Shown one piece after another: positions 18,878 to 30,048 of a DNA stretch of 64,000 nt. Position numbers and translations under genes: made by a program. The stretch is from the IMG/VR virus record IMGVR_UViG_3300037475_000071, positions 1-64,000 of that record; one strand, written 5' to 3'. The notes under the pieces are model-generated. The model saw only the letters and a program-made list of their open reading frames with translations. It was not told where the DNA came from and searched no databases. Each line of letters begins with the position of its first letter. Within the stretch, counting starts at the first letter, position 1. The DNA comes from a virus.

Positions 18878-19635
18878 ATCGCAAGCGGGTTACAGCAAGC
18901 GAGTAGCAGAGAATCAAGAGATTCTGAAAGCTGCTAATTGACATCGAGAGTGCTACAACGAACCGAGTAATCGTCGCAGGCATAGGACGTAAAGCCTGTA
19001 CTCTCACCAACAGTCTAGTTCAAAGCTGGCGTTACTAGGGTTTGACACTAGGCGACGATGGCGCGGTGAGTTTAGGACGTGACCTGCGGACAGTGTACCG
19101 TTCATATGGTTTGGAGTCCGAAAGCCGCAAGCGGTGAGCGCAATTAGCTTCAGCTCACAGTATGCCGATAATCGCTGCCGAGTAACAGTTTAATCCCGCC
19201 AAGTGGAATGTAGGTAATACGCGACATTCCGCGATAGTTCGCCAATAGCGCAATGACTAGCACGTTACGCAATAGCAAGCGTACGTGATTGGATGCTCGG
19301 ATGAGGATACCAATCTTAAGCTCAAGCTACAGGGCAGCATTCACTGGCATTCTGGCGATTGTATGAGGACAGACCAAAGCGCATAAACGCGACCCATTGC
19401 AGAGAATAGCAGAATAAGCCACTGTGACCACTGGGCAAAGCATAACAGAATGTTTTTACCTTGCATTCTGTACCTATGGCGGAATACAGAAAAGAGAATC
19501 GCCGGCGAGCAACCTATTACGCTATTCAGCATTACGCTGGATGGCGTAACAAAGTGAATCCGGCGCGAGCAACCTACTGGATGTGTGGCAACACTCCGCG
19601 CCAATGTACATAGTGCAAGAGTAAGCACATTGTGA
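18878..19635 (+). ncRNA. candidate large structured ncRNA (~750 nt)
   Basis: No ORF on + in the track; many hairpins, frequent GCAA/GAAA/GTAA words, long-range pairings, directly after a promoter. Confidence 0.6.
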
Positions 19636-21226
19636 GGTAATCATGGCATACGATCACCGCTACACGTATGTAACTTGCTCTAAATGCCTGAATAAATGGC
19701 AGCGCATCGACTACGGATGTGCTCACCATCAGTTAACCTGCGGGTACCCATTACCCGCGCAACTAGAACCTAATCCTACACGCGCATTAACTACTGAGGA
19801 ATGGGAACAGTTTGACAAATGTCTCCCTTACGTCAAAGCATTACACAATATTGTAGAGGCTACTTCTGCGTACCATAAATACGATACTGCGGGTAGACCT
19901 TGGCTAGTAGAAGCGTTGCGGATAGTTGGCCGCGCAGGTAAGGAGTAACTCCCATGTTCTATATAACAATTCACGGTTTTACCCTAGAGCAAGTTTTGAT
20001 TATGGCGGCTTTGAACATAGCTAGCCAAGATGAGCACACCTCAGATTGGCTGTAAGGGGACACTATGCCGGAATACCATGTTTGGGAACGGGGATGTAAT
20101 CGCGGTCGGAGTACTGGAAAAGTTATTACCGCGCCTAATATTTACAAGGCTGTAGAGCAGTTAGCAGGAACAAACATTCTTAATCTTTCGTCACTTCAAT
20201 ATTTGTCTTGTGGAACTAGCAAAAGTAACCCAGGGCGTTTTATTGCATCGGACGGTTCAGCGCGGGAATTTACCGCGTATGAAATACACGAGTTTTCCCT
20301 TTAATGGGAAATAGCTAGGTCATAGGCGCATACGCGGAGAACCTGCCGCACAGTGTGCGCCTACGTAGTAATTCAATAAGGCGGGATTCTAAAACCCGCC
20401 ATCCAGAGGAGCAAACCGCATATGCTCACTGTACAGCATGACCCGTTCAAAGGCATCTTCCGAGTATCACGCGGAACTAGCCTAATCGCATCCCTGCCGG
20501 AAATATCCGCCAGATCATTCGCGGAAGATGTCCGGTCGATATTCAACCAAGCGAAAGATTGCCCGTCACAGGCTTTCATGGTGCCTAACGTGTGCGCCCG
20601 TTTCTAATTCACAATGAATACGGTACACTCGCCATTGTGTATGCTAGCCACTTACAGGATGCGCTAGACGAAGCGGTAGACGCTGACAGGATGAATAGTT
20701 GCCTTGTTTCGGATGAGGATTACGCGGAAGCGGAAAAAGAAGGATGGGCAGACGAGTATGCACGATTAGGAAATGCCGGAGAACCGTTTGACCTAACGTA
20801 TATCGGGTATGTGGAACTACCCAACCAACAGTACGGACTACCAGACTCCGGCGAGTAAAGGATGGTCACCCTATGTCACTAAAAGAGTTTATTGAAGCAT
20901 CCCGCGTACTGGCAATTGCACACTTTAGGGCCGGCACTCCAGAAGGCAAGGCGAAGCTATTGGCGGCAGGCGGCACAGCTCTACCTCAATGCACAATATC
21001 GCAAACGGTAAGGATGGTTACCCATGTCTAAAAAAGACTTCATTGCATTGGCGGATTCTATCCGTGCATTTCCTGGCCGGTTTTCCAATGAGCAAATCTT
21101 CATGCTGGCGGAGTTTTGCAAATCCCGCAATCCCGCCTTTAACCGCGAGAGATGGCTTTCGTATATCGCGGGTGAATGTGGGCCTAATGGTGGCCGGAAG
21201 TAATAACCGCGTTTGACAGGATGGCC

Positions 21227-21252
21227 AGCCCCGCACAGTCTGCGGGGTTTTT
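21227..21252 (+). terminator. intrinsic terminator
   Basis: AGCCCCGCA-CAGTC-TGCGGGGTT TTT. Confidence 0.65.
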
Positions 21253-22270
21253 CATTGCCACAAACCCGCCCAAGACAAGGATGGTCAGCCATGTATAGCA
21301 CAACAGTACGGCATCCCGATTACCCAAAGGATGAGTATGGATTCTGTTTACCCCAACGTGAAGCGGTAATAGCGGCATACGCACTGTTCACAATGAGAAC
21401 GGCGAATAGTTGGGAGTGGGAAGAACGATTCGGGCCTCTCGCGGTTCGCTCTAAACATGCTTGGATTTGCCAAGGATGGACAGCTCTGGATAAGGAAACC
21501 CGCCAATGATACCAGTAATGAGCACTCTAGCCGGATTGTTTGCGTTTCTAACGTGGTCACTATGCCGCGCTGCTGGTAGAGCAGATGCCGCCCGTGCAAG
21601 GATGGTCAGCCCTGTTCCTTACCAGGAATACGAGGATACAGACGTGTATGTGTGCGAAAGGATGGTAGGGCTATGAAGAATAGCAAGGGCGAAGTCCTGT
21701 ATCAGATAGTCTCCTTTGACAATTCTGACGGTAACTACACTGGTAATCCGTCTCCTCTGGCGGGAAATCTCCCGCGTGAGACAGCAATACGGATGTTGAA
21801 GTCCTACCGAGCTATAAAGCACGAAGAAGGACAGCAATTCCGCTATATCATGCGGAAACAGTAAAGGATGGTAGATCATGGCATACCAGCGCAAAACCCG
21901 CGACTATTACAGCATCCAGCAGTACACAGGGCGAGAATACGGGTGGGAAGAAGTAAACGCGGAAGATAATTGGAGAGATGCACAGCGCTCTGTAAAGGAA
22001 TACAGCGAGAATCAACCGGAATACCCTGTGCGCCGACGTTTGAAACGCGAAAGGATTGAGGCCGCCTAATGACAACGTACATAGCCAAGGTTAACGGCAT
22101 TATCTGGCAAGGATGTAAGGCCAGTACCGAGTACAACTTCGACCATAACCCGACTAAACAGGAAATCAAGGAAAGGTCGGGCGATTTTCAGGTGGTTACT
22201 TCGGCGCGGGTTATAGCGCGGACTGTAACCGTCAAACAGGTAGAGAGCTACAGATTCTAAGGAGAATTAC

Positions 22271-23083
22271 GTGAAAATAAAGTTTGAGATTAAGCATTGG
22301 GCGGGAAAAGTGTTGTTCACCTACGAAGGCGAAACATTGAAAGAGGCTGTTGTCGCGGCGGTTAAGTCCCGCGCAAACCTGTACGGCGCAAACCTGTACG
22401 GCGCAAACCTGTACGGAGCAGACCTGTACGGAGCAAACCTGTCCCGCGCAAACCTGTACGGCGCAAACCTGTCCGGCGCAAACCTGTACGGAGCAAACCT
22501 GTCCCGCGCAAACCTGTACGGAGCAAACCTGTACGGCGCAAACCTGTACGGAGCAGACCTGTACGGAGCAAACCTGTCCCGCGCAAACCTGTACGGCGCA
22601 AACCTGTCCGGCGCAAACCTGTACGGAGCAAACCTGTCCCGCGCAAACCTGTACGGAGCAAACCTGTCCCGCGCAAACCTGTACGGAGCAGACCTGTACG
22701 GAGCAAACCTGTCCGGCGCAGACCTGTACGGAGCAAACCTAAAAGAAGTAAAGAACAGTGAGCTAGTGCTGCTGCGAACCTCAATTCTTCCCCAAGATGG
22801 GCCGCTATTTGGCTGGAAGAAATGCATGAATGGGGTGTTAGTAAAACTCGCTGTCGGTTCAAAAGCCAAGCGCAGCAACGCATATGGGCGAAAATGCAGG
22901 GCCGAATACGTAAAAGTCTTGGAGGTTCACGGGGCAGATGTAGGCATCAGTGCACACGATCAAAAGACCGAATATCGAGTGGGTAAAATCGTCCGCTGCA
23001 ATAAGTGGGATGAAGATCGCTGGAACGAATGCTCTGGCGGAATTCATTTTTTTCTGAGCAAAGAGGAAGCGCAGGCGTACTAA
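22271..23083 (+). CDS. pentapeptide-repeat protein with conserved C-terminal domain
   Basis: ~25 A(N/D)L(Y/S)(G/R) repeats; C-terminal GWKKC...RKCRAE...ECSGGIHFF (DUF5758-like from memory). Confidence 0.9.
   Translation: MKIKFEIKHWAGKVLFTYEGETLKEAVVAAVKSRANLYGANLYGANLYGADLYGANLSRANLYGANLSGANLYGANLSRANLYGANLYGANLYGADLYGANLSRANLYGANLSGANLYGANLSRANLYGANLSRANLYGADLYGANLSGADLYGANLKEVKNSELVLLRTSILPQDGPLFGWKKCMNGVLVKLAVGSKAKRSNAYGRKCRAEYVKVLEVHGADVGISAHDQKTEYRVGKIVRCNKWDEDRWNECSGGIHFFLSKEEAQAY
22369..22741 (+). repeat. 15-bp tandem repeat encoding the pentapeptide units
   Basis: GCA(A/G)ACCTGT(A/C)C(G/C)G(A/C) x ~25. Confidence 0.95.
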
Positions 23084-23354
23084 TGGAACGCACTTGCGAA
23101 CATGGTTGCAGCCCTGAAATCTGCCCACCTGACGGGCGTTACTACGTTAGCTGCCAAGATGGTGGACAATCCTGGCTGATGGCCGGCCCTTACCAGACAC
23201 ACGCGGAAGCACTCGCAGATGTGGACAAGGCTTTACACATTGCCGATAGCAAGGATGGTCGGGCGTGGTTCATGGGTTGGGGTACTTGCCACATGAAAGA
23301 AGATTACACAAAGCCGGGAAAGCTGAATCAACTTGGTTTTATATAGGAGAGTAA

Positions 23355-23699
23355 ATGGAAACTAAGACAGTTACACATACGCCGGGGCCGTGGACGGTAT
23401 CGCACGATAATGAACAGGCGTCTGACATTGCATATATTCGTGCTGGAAATGCTGTATTCAGTCAATTCGACCAAGAAATAGCGGTGTGCTTCCCAGCCTG
23501 TGAACAAGTAGAGGCTAATGCCCGTCTTATGGCCGCATCTCCCCAAATGCTCCAAGCATTGGAGTATGCGCAAGAGATACTTAACCTTGCCCGTCAGTAT
23601 TTCCCTAAGTCTATACAGAACCGCGATACATTCCAGCTTAACAATGCGTGTGCGACTGTTGGAAAGGCTATTCATATCGCTAAAGGTACGGAGAACTAA
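23355..23699 (+). CDS. HTPGPW-family phage protein
   Basis: HTPGPW...ANARLMAASPQMLQAL; paralog of 27895. Confidence 0.7.
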   Translation: METKTVTHTPGPWTVSHDNEQASDIAYIRAGNAVFSQFDQEIAVCFPACEQVEANARLMAASPQMLQALEYAQEILNLARQYFPKSIQNRDTFQLNNACATVGKAIHIAKGTEN

Positions 23700-23956
23700 C
23701 ATGCGACCTGGAGTCGGATTCTTTGTCGAACATCCTTTAGGCCGTGTGCCTGAGTCCCAGATAGTAGAGCACACTTGCCCCGCCTGTAACCGTGTTTCAT
23801 TTGAAGGGCCAGCGTGGATGGTACTGGAAGATTACCGCGATCACGTAATCGAGGAACACATCGACATCCTTGAGGAGTGCGGTTGCTGCGGTGGTTTGCA
23901 CTTCGCTGAGTTCGATGGGGATTGCCGGGAAGATGCAGAACGGTTTTAACACACTT

Positions 23957-24460
23957 ATGAAACTAATCTCACTGACACAAGGGTTGTTTGCACAAGTAAG
24001 CGACAAAGACTATGCGCATCTTAATACGTTCAAATGGTGTGCCCACAAGGTGAATAACACTTACTACGCAGAACGGGCTACAGCGAGAGATGCTAATGGT
24101 AAGCAGCGGATGATTAAAATGCATCGCGTAATTATGGACGTTACCGATGGCCGAATCAAGGTTGACCATATAAATGGAGATGGACTTGATAATCAGCGGC
24201 CAAATCTCCGAGTAGCTAGCACTTCTCAGAACGGCATGAACCGTAGGAAACACAAAACCGCAACGTCGATTTACAAAGGTGTTTGTTGGCACATACGGGA
24301 TTTGAAGTGGGTAGCTCAAATCAAGGCTGACGGGCGTTATCACTCTTTAGGTTATTACGATAATGAAAGGGAGGCCGCCGAAGCATACGACTCCGCCGCA
24401 CAAGCACTGTACGGACAATATGCGAGTCTTAATTTCCCACAAGAAATGGTGAACAGATAA
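23957..24460 (+). CDS. HNH-AP2 homing endonuclease
   Basis: MHRVIM...VDHINGDGLDNQRPNLR; AP2-like SIYKGV.W...W.AQI...LGYY...AAEAYD...LNFP. Confidence 0.9.
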   Translation: MKLISLTQGLFAQVSDKDYAHLNTFKWCAHKVNNTYYAERATARDANGKQRMIKMHRVIMDVTDGRIKVDHINGDGLDNQRPNLRVASTSQNGMNRRKHKTATSIYKGVCWHIRDLKWVAQIKADGRYHSLGYYDNEREAAEAYDSAAQALYGQYASLNFPQEMVNR

Positions 24461-24578
24461 TGGCTACTCTAGGTAGTACCCGCGTACAACTGGCAATCTT
24501 CTGGATGGTGGTCGGGATTATTTCCGGCCTACTATTGGCGATCGGTTATTGCAGAACATATTGAGAGGATACCAAACA

Positions 24579-25139
24579 ATGGCAACTAGCACACCGTGGG
24601 GCAAGTCCGACCATACCCACAAAATCGCGCCGGGAATCACGTTTTACGGTACCCCGTCGCATGGAGGAATCAAGGTATCCAGCAAACTCAACGAGCTCAT
24701 CCCTGAGTATATGCGGCAAGAATCAGGATGGTACGAGGAAGATTGCGATTACGCCAAGGTGGTAGCCGTGTTCCCTGAGTTGTTTGATGACAAGGAACGC
24801 GAGGCCGCCAAGGAGGTATTCTCGGGTTACTTCCCTGATGAGTTTGAGAAGTTCTATGCCGTCACTTTGGAACCCGGCCAATCCTATGAGAAAGACAAAC
24901 GCCAGTTTTACGCAGACCATGCGCAGGATTGGATAGCTGTGGCCGCGTGGGGACATTGGCATCCCGCCGTTCCTAAAGGGATGGTCGGGGTTACTGCCGT
25001 GGTTGGCAACAGGGAGAATGACTGTGGCCGCCCATGCAGGAAGTATTTCCTAGTCCCTGCTGAGGAATACGCGGTCAAAGGTAAGTTTGGCTTTGTTGTA
25101 GACCCCGCCAGACATCAAGAGATTCCAGCGATTACATAG
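24579..25139 (+). CDS. conserved mobile-element protein (TPWG/SHGG/YEEDC motif)
   Basis: STPWG...TPSHGG...WYEEDCD. Confidence 0.65.
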   Translation: MATSTPWGKSDHTHKIAPGITFYGTPSHGGIKVSSKLNELIPEYMRQESGWYEEDCDYAKVVAVFPELFDDKEREAAKEVFSGYFPDEFEKFYAVTLEPGQSYEKDKRQFYADHAQDWIAVAAWGHWHPAVPKGMVGVTAVVGNRENDCGRPCRKYFLVPAEEYAVKGKFGFVVDPARHQEIPAIT

Positions 25140-25761
25140 GAGGGTTACATGGCCGTAGTAATAGGCGTATGTCCTGTTTGCAAAAGTAACATTTCTGCGT
25201 TCAAAGACAAGGCGTCATACCATGAGTTTTGCTTAAGTGGTTTGTGTCAGAACTGCCAAGATGATGTATTTGGGGATGCCTACACCTGCGAATACTGCGG
25301 TAAGGAAGTGGAAAAATCCGCAGGGTGCCCAGTAGAGCATCACTTTTATTGCTCGTATGAGTGTTACGGCCATGATGTTGGATTCTGAGAAGGAGAAACC
25401 ATAATGCCGCCCATTGGAGAGGTAATCCACGTTATAACGAGGGCCGGCTGGAAATCCGGCCTTAGCTTTTTGACAGTCCAAGCCATAGAGGGAGACAGTG
25501 TTGTTTGTACGGATGGTCAGACGCATCAGCGAATCAGCCGTGCTGATGTGCGGAAGTCTTACGGCGGAAACTGGTGGGTGTTTTGAAACCTGACGCGAGG
25601 TATAAAATACTGGACAGTCCGTTAGAGGATGCGGTTGTACGTTGGGGTTCCGACAGCTTAGAGGCAGCACAAAAGATGTGCAACTCCCTTAATAGGATAA
25701 ACGCAAACCAGCGTGGCCCGTGGGATGGCGGTCGCTACTGGATTGATGATACGGAGAAACC

Positions 25762-26097
25762 ATGAACCACAAAGAATACAATGGTTGGTGGAATTATGAG
25801 ACTTGGCTGGTCAATCTCTGGATGGACAACGAAGAAGGCAGCTACCGCTATTGGGGCGAAGTGGCTGGCGAGACCTATGAAGAAGCCGAGGCCGAGAAGC
25901 CGTTCTCCAAAGAGGAACGGGCCAAGCTGGATTTGTCCGAGCGTCTCAAAGAGGAGCACGAGGAAGCCGCGCCAGAACTGCAAGGCGTATTTTCCGACTT
26001 GTTGAACGCCGCCATGTCTGAGGTGAACTGGTACGAAATAGCGGAGCACATGATTGACGAGTACGTGCAAGACAAACCGCAAGTCAAGGAGGGTTAA
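25762..26097 (+). CDS. acidic phage protein (YNGW-x-NYETW family)
   Basis: YNGWWNYETWLVNLW...EVNWYEIA. Confidence 0.7.
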   Translation: MNHKEYNGWWNYETWLVNLWMDNEEGSYRYWGEVAGETYEEAEAEKPFSKEERAKLDLSERLKEEHEEAAPELQGVFSDLLNAAMSEVNWYEIAEHMIDEYVQDKPQVKEG

Positions 26098-27656
26098 ATG
26101 AAATACCGCGTTCACATCTATGCTGTTGTCCGCGTTCCCGTCGAGGTAGAAGCTAAGAGCCAACAGGGAGCAATTCAGAAAGCCGTGAGGTATACCGACT
26201 TGGAGTATGATTTCAAGCAAGGCGAATACGCTGATGACATCGAGAGTTTCGTAGTGGATGAAATTGGTGACAAGGATTATCTAAATACCAAGTCGTACGA
26301 CAAGCACCATCAGATTATTCCGTAACAAAACCCCGCCCACAACTCAAACCAACAAAAGCAGTCGAAGGGAGAACTATGCAACCACTGACCGCCAAAGTTA
26401 TCGCTGTAGAACTCGGAGAGAACAACGCGCACACTGTGCGCTTGCGCTTTCCCGCCGCCACCAGCTTTGTTTATAACGCTCTAGCCGTCCAGAACACTGA
26501 CAACCTGGCTCTCGGGGATACCGTGACGTTTGTATCGGTGTCGCAAGAGGTCGCGCAAGAGTTGGCGGATTTGAGGGTAGAATTGGGGTTGGCAAAATCC
26601 GCCCTTCAGGAATATCAGCGCCGCGACCTTGAGCAAGACATGGCGCGAGAGGAGGTGGAGGTTGTCAATGCTTGAATACGAATCCGTTGCTGGCATCATC
26701 CTTGACCTCGTTGCAAAACGAGGCACGGTTCGAGTGCATCCGCGTTATTTGCCTGATGTGTTGGCCTTGCTGAGTCGCGGCGAGATTTGCATAATTGACA
26801 ACAGTTCCGCTAAGAACCCAATTATTGTAGGGAGAGCCTAATGACGAAAACCGCATGTAAACACTGTGGCGAAGAGATAGGCGAATGGGCCGACGATTGG
26901 GGCGATTATCGAGAATGGATGCACGCTCCCGATGACGGGCCAGATGCTTACGTGGAGTGTCGTTGCAAATGTGCGGACTGCTATCAGCCGCTTGGTACAG
27001 GGCCGTGCATTGTTGGCGAAGTTGCCGAACCCGAGGAGGCCGTCGTTGCGTAAACAGACGTTATGTATATCTCCCAAGCAGTTCAGTGTGCTTGGAGAAA
27101 TTCTGGCCGACTATTTGCAGATGGTTGGTAAAGACCCGAACCGAGCACTACGCATTAAAACCGCCAATGAACTGCTGAAACGATGGGGTAAGGGGGAAAA
27201 ATGAAGGAGGTCGCCGTTGTCTAAAAACGAGAGGCACACCGTAAATGGAGACGAACGCAACGGTTGGTATTGCTACCAGTGCGAGTTCTTCTCCCGCGAC
27301 GTTGCCGAGGCCGCTGCACACGATGGCAGCAAACCCGGCGCAACCGTCTGCCGTCACATGAAAGAGCCTATGGAATGCAGGGAATGCTTAGGAGGGAATG
27401 ATGCCTAAAACAAAGACAATGACCCCCGCAGAGTTTGCTCAGATGATGCGCCTAATCAGCGATGCAAAAGCCGCTCACCTTCAGGCCGATAGCCTGATGT
27501 GTGAAGTTCTGGAATCGCTAGGCTATGGCGAGGGCGTAGAGATTTTTGAGAACATGGAGAAATCGTACGCATGAGGCTGCTACACCTCACAGCTTGAAGG
27601 ATACCGCTTGCAAGGCGTAAAATAACGCGGAAATCTGTAAGTCATTGAATACAAAG

Positions 27657-27694
27657 GCGGGAGTAGTTCAGCGGTAGAACGCCAGCTTCCCAAG
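27657..27694 (+). other. 5' half of tRNA-Gly(CCC), putative attP core
   Basis: GCGGGAG TA GTTC AGCGGTA GAAC G CCAGC TTCCCAA G, then similarity stops; no T-arm or 3' acceptor; ~700 bp upstream of integrase. Confidence 0.8.
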
Positions 27695-27894
27695 AAGCCT
27701 GTGTACATGCACACAACTCAGTTGCTTGTTGTTTCTCCTACGTAACTTGTATTCCTTGGTTTACAGGGATTTCCCAATAAATACGCATATCGTCCTGCAT
27801 AGAATATAGCGGTTGCAAACTGATACAGTTGTGTGTATAGTCAATCACATGTGGCTAATGACGCCGAGTCTGCCGCTTGCAAAGGAAAAACGAC

Positions 27895-28230
27895 ATGGAA
27901 AAGCACACTTCGGGGCCGTGGTGGGTACAGACGGATAAGGGATTACCTTTCTGCATCAATGGTAAATTGGCTATTCTCGCCGCTGCTCCACTGGACAACA
28001 ATCAACCAGTTAGGCTTGCCGATATTCCTGATGTCGAAGATGGCAAAGGCGCAGTGGATGCTGAGTCGTTGGCCAATGCCCTTCTAATCTCAGCAGCTCC
28101 GCAACTGTTGGAAGCATTGGAAGGACTACTTGAGGAATTGCGGCTAATCCGCCTAAAGGATACCGGCGCGGTTTACAACCCGACAATACGACTCATTGCG
28201 GAGCAGGCTATTCGTGTTGCCAAAGGCTAA
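27895..28230 (+). CDS. HTPGPW-family phage protein
   Basis: HTSGPW...ANALLISAAPQLLEAL. Confidence 0.65.
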   Translation: MEKHTSGPWWVQTDKGLPFCINGKLAILAAAPLDNNQPVRLADIPDVEDGKGAVDAESLANALLISAAPQLLEALEGLLEELRLIRLKDTGAVYNPTIRLIAEQAIRVAKG

Positions 28231-28386
28231 CTATGACTGAGTTAATACAAGACCTTGAATTACTCAACAATCTACGTGGAATGTTGGAATTGTTGATAGA
28301 GAACTCCCCCAATAAGGTTAAGCAAGAAGCCTTTACCGTTTTACACAATGATGTTGTTGCCTTGACTCAACAATTGTTGGACGAAA

Positions 28387-29460
28387 ATGTTGCAGGTGCA
28401 TGAGATGGCCTCCGCGAAAGTAACCCCGTTCAAACACGCCTTCGACACTGGCAAATCCGATAAAGGCATGGGCTGGCAGGAAGCCTTAACCCTGTTTGAA
28501 CGCAGCCGCCGAGTTGGAAACTACGGTGCCAAGAAGCCAAACCGAGAGCGCACCATTGAGCAGTACCACTTCGAGATAGGCGACCGCTTCATTCCCTACA
28601 TGGAGAAGCGTGGCCTGACTCATTACAACGAACTCACCAACGCTCACATCCTCGCGTACATGGAGTGGGTGAACAAGAAACCGTGGGCACCTGCTACCCG
28701 CCACAAGAATCTTCGCGCTTTGCGAACTTTCTTCAAGTGGGTAGCTGTTGACCCTGAGTGCAAGCTGGCTAAGATGAAGTCCTTCGCTGACACACTTCCC
28801 TCTATGCCGGAAGGCAAAGGCCGGACTTGGATACCGACCGTCGAAGTGATGATGCAGTTTCTAAACTCGTGGAACACGGCGGTACGTTGGGGACTGAGAG
28901 ATTACGTCATTCATTCTCTGATGCTGGATTGTGGGCCGCGCATTGGCGAGATTTGCCATATGCGTTTGAGCCATTTGAAGCTGGATGGCAACCCCGCCCA
29001 GATAATCATCCCCGAGGAAGGCAAGACAGGTAGCCGCATAGTTCCAGTGAGTGATGCGTTCGTGCCGGCCATGCGTCGTTGGTTGAGAGACCGCGAACGC
29101 TATGCCAAGAACGACTATGTGTTCGTCAATCGGTTCGGCGGTCGGATAACGCCCAACACCATCCAGCAGACCTTCAATAAGCAACGGCAGTTGACGGGAC
29201 TCGGTAAGGGAGATGGTGGGCAACTGAGTTGTCACGTGGTTCGCCACTACTTCTGTACGCACTATCTGGTGAACGGCGGGAGTCTACATAACCTGAAACA
29301 GATTACAGGGCACAAGACGTTGGAGACGCTGATGATCTACGTCCACATGGCCAATCAGCTCACGTCGGTTTCCCAAGAGCACACGCGGGTGAGTCCGTTG
29401 AAGAGCATTGGTTCGGTCGGGGCTAACGGCGTGATAAAGAAGAAAAGGAGGGTAGTGTGA
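28387..29460 (+). CDS. int: tyrosine recombinase / integrase
   Basis: Catalytic set R (GPRIGE), K (GKTG), HVVRH, GH, Y; N-terminal core-binding domain. Confidence 0.92.
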   Translation: MLQVHEMASAKVTPFKHAFDTGKSDKGMGWQEALTLFERSRRVGNYGAKKPNRERTIEQYHFEIGDRFIPYMEKRGLTHYNELTNAHILAYMEWVNKKPWAPATRHKNLRALRTFFKWVAVDPECKLAKMKSFADTLPSMPEGKGRTWIPTVEVMMQFLNSWNTAVRWGLRDYVIHSLMLDCGPRIGEICHMRLSHLKLDGNPAQIIIPEEGKTGSRIVPVSDAFVPAMRRWLRDRERYAKNDYVFVNRFGGRITPNTIQQTFNKQRQLTGLGKGDGGQLSCHVVRHYFCTHYLVNGGSLHNLKQITGHKTLETLMIYVHMANQLTSVSQEHTRVSPLKSIGSVGANGVIKKKRRVV

Positions 29461-29757
29461 TTATCGCAGACCGTGCGTTTGTATGTGAGGTTCTACGCCG
29501 CTACCGAGAAGCTAGGGAACAAATGTTCGTACTACCCGATGTAGCGTGGCGTTCATTCTGGAACGGAAGAGTTGACGCTCTTAACGAGATGTATACGGAA
29601 CTGAAGGGAAGAGGGTACGCCGACAAAACCTCCGTGAAGAAGAAGCGCAAAGTCGTATAAAACGCAGACTGTGCGCTTAATTCGTTTGACATTGCACCTG
29701 ATTTTGGTGTATTGTTGGACGTGGTAGGAAATCCGCCATCCAGAAGGAGATTCTCAA

Positions 29758-30048
29758 GTGTCAGATAGCGAGCCGCGAATGGAAAGCGCAGCAGCCAGAA
29801 CGCATATTGGAGAACAGCAAATTGAGAAATTGGCGAGCGATCTTATCTTGAGCGAAAAATTGCCGGAGGTTGGCGAGCGTGTTCGCGTGTGGAATTTTAT
29901 GGTACACGGCACCGTAGCCGAAGAAAACGCCACATTCGAGGGCGGGAAATTTATCGACGAGTCCGGCACAAATACTGATTTGACACGAGTTGTGTCACAT
30001 TGGATGCCTGTGGCCTACCCGCCGAAGGATAGAGTCTCTAATGGATAG
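29758..30048 (+). CDS. phage protein with VSHWMP C-terminus (DUF551-like)
   Basis: SEKLPE...VSHWMP. Confidence 0.55.
   Translation: MSDSEPRMESAAARTHIGEQQIEKLASDLILSEKLPEVGERVRVWNFMVHGTVAEENATFEGGKFIDESGTNTDLTRVVSHWMPVAYPPKDRVSNG

Larger units (their letters stand above)
19643..27573 (+). other. cluster of ~30 small early-type hypothetical genes
   Basis: Tightly packed 30-200 aa + strand ORFs with SD motifs and stop/start overlaps (e.g. 19643, 20065, 21024, 21291, 21878, 22069, 25149, 26098, 26376, 26841). Confidence 0.7.

Noticed and set aside
17809-19635. Retron or diversity-generating retroelement RNA
   Set aside because: No reverse transcriptase or TR/VR pair visible in the window
22321-22883. 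CRISPR array, or alternate-frame/antisense ORFs (RFAPY, QTCTE, RTGL repeats)
   Set aside because: 15-bp coding tandem repeat without spacers; the other frames are by-products
19195-26460. CCCGC as a Chi-like oriented motif
   Set aside because: The complement GCGGG is also frequent on the same strand, so there is no clear strand bias
27657-27730. Functional tRNA-Gly gene
   Set aside because: Sequence diverges right after the anticodon loop; no T-arm or 3' acceptor strand
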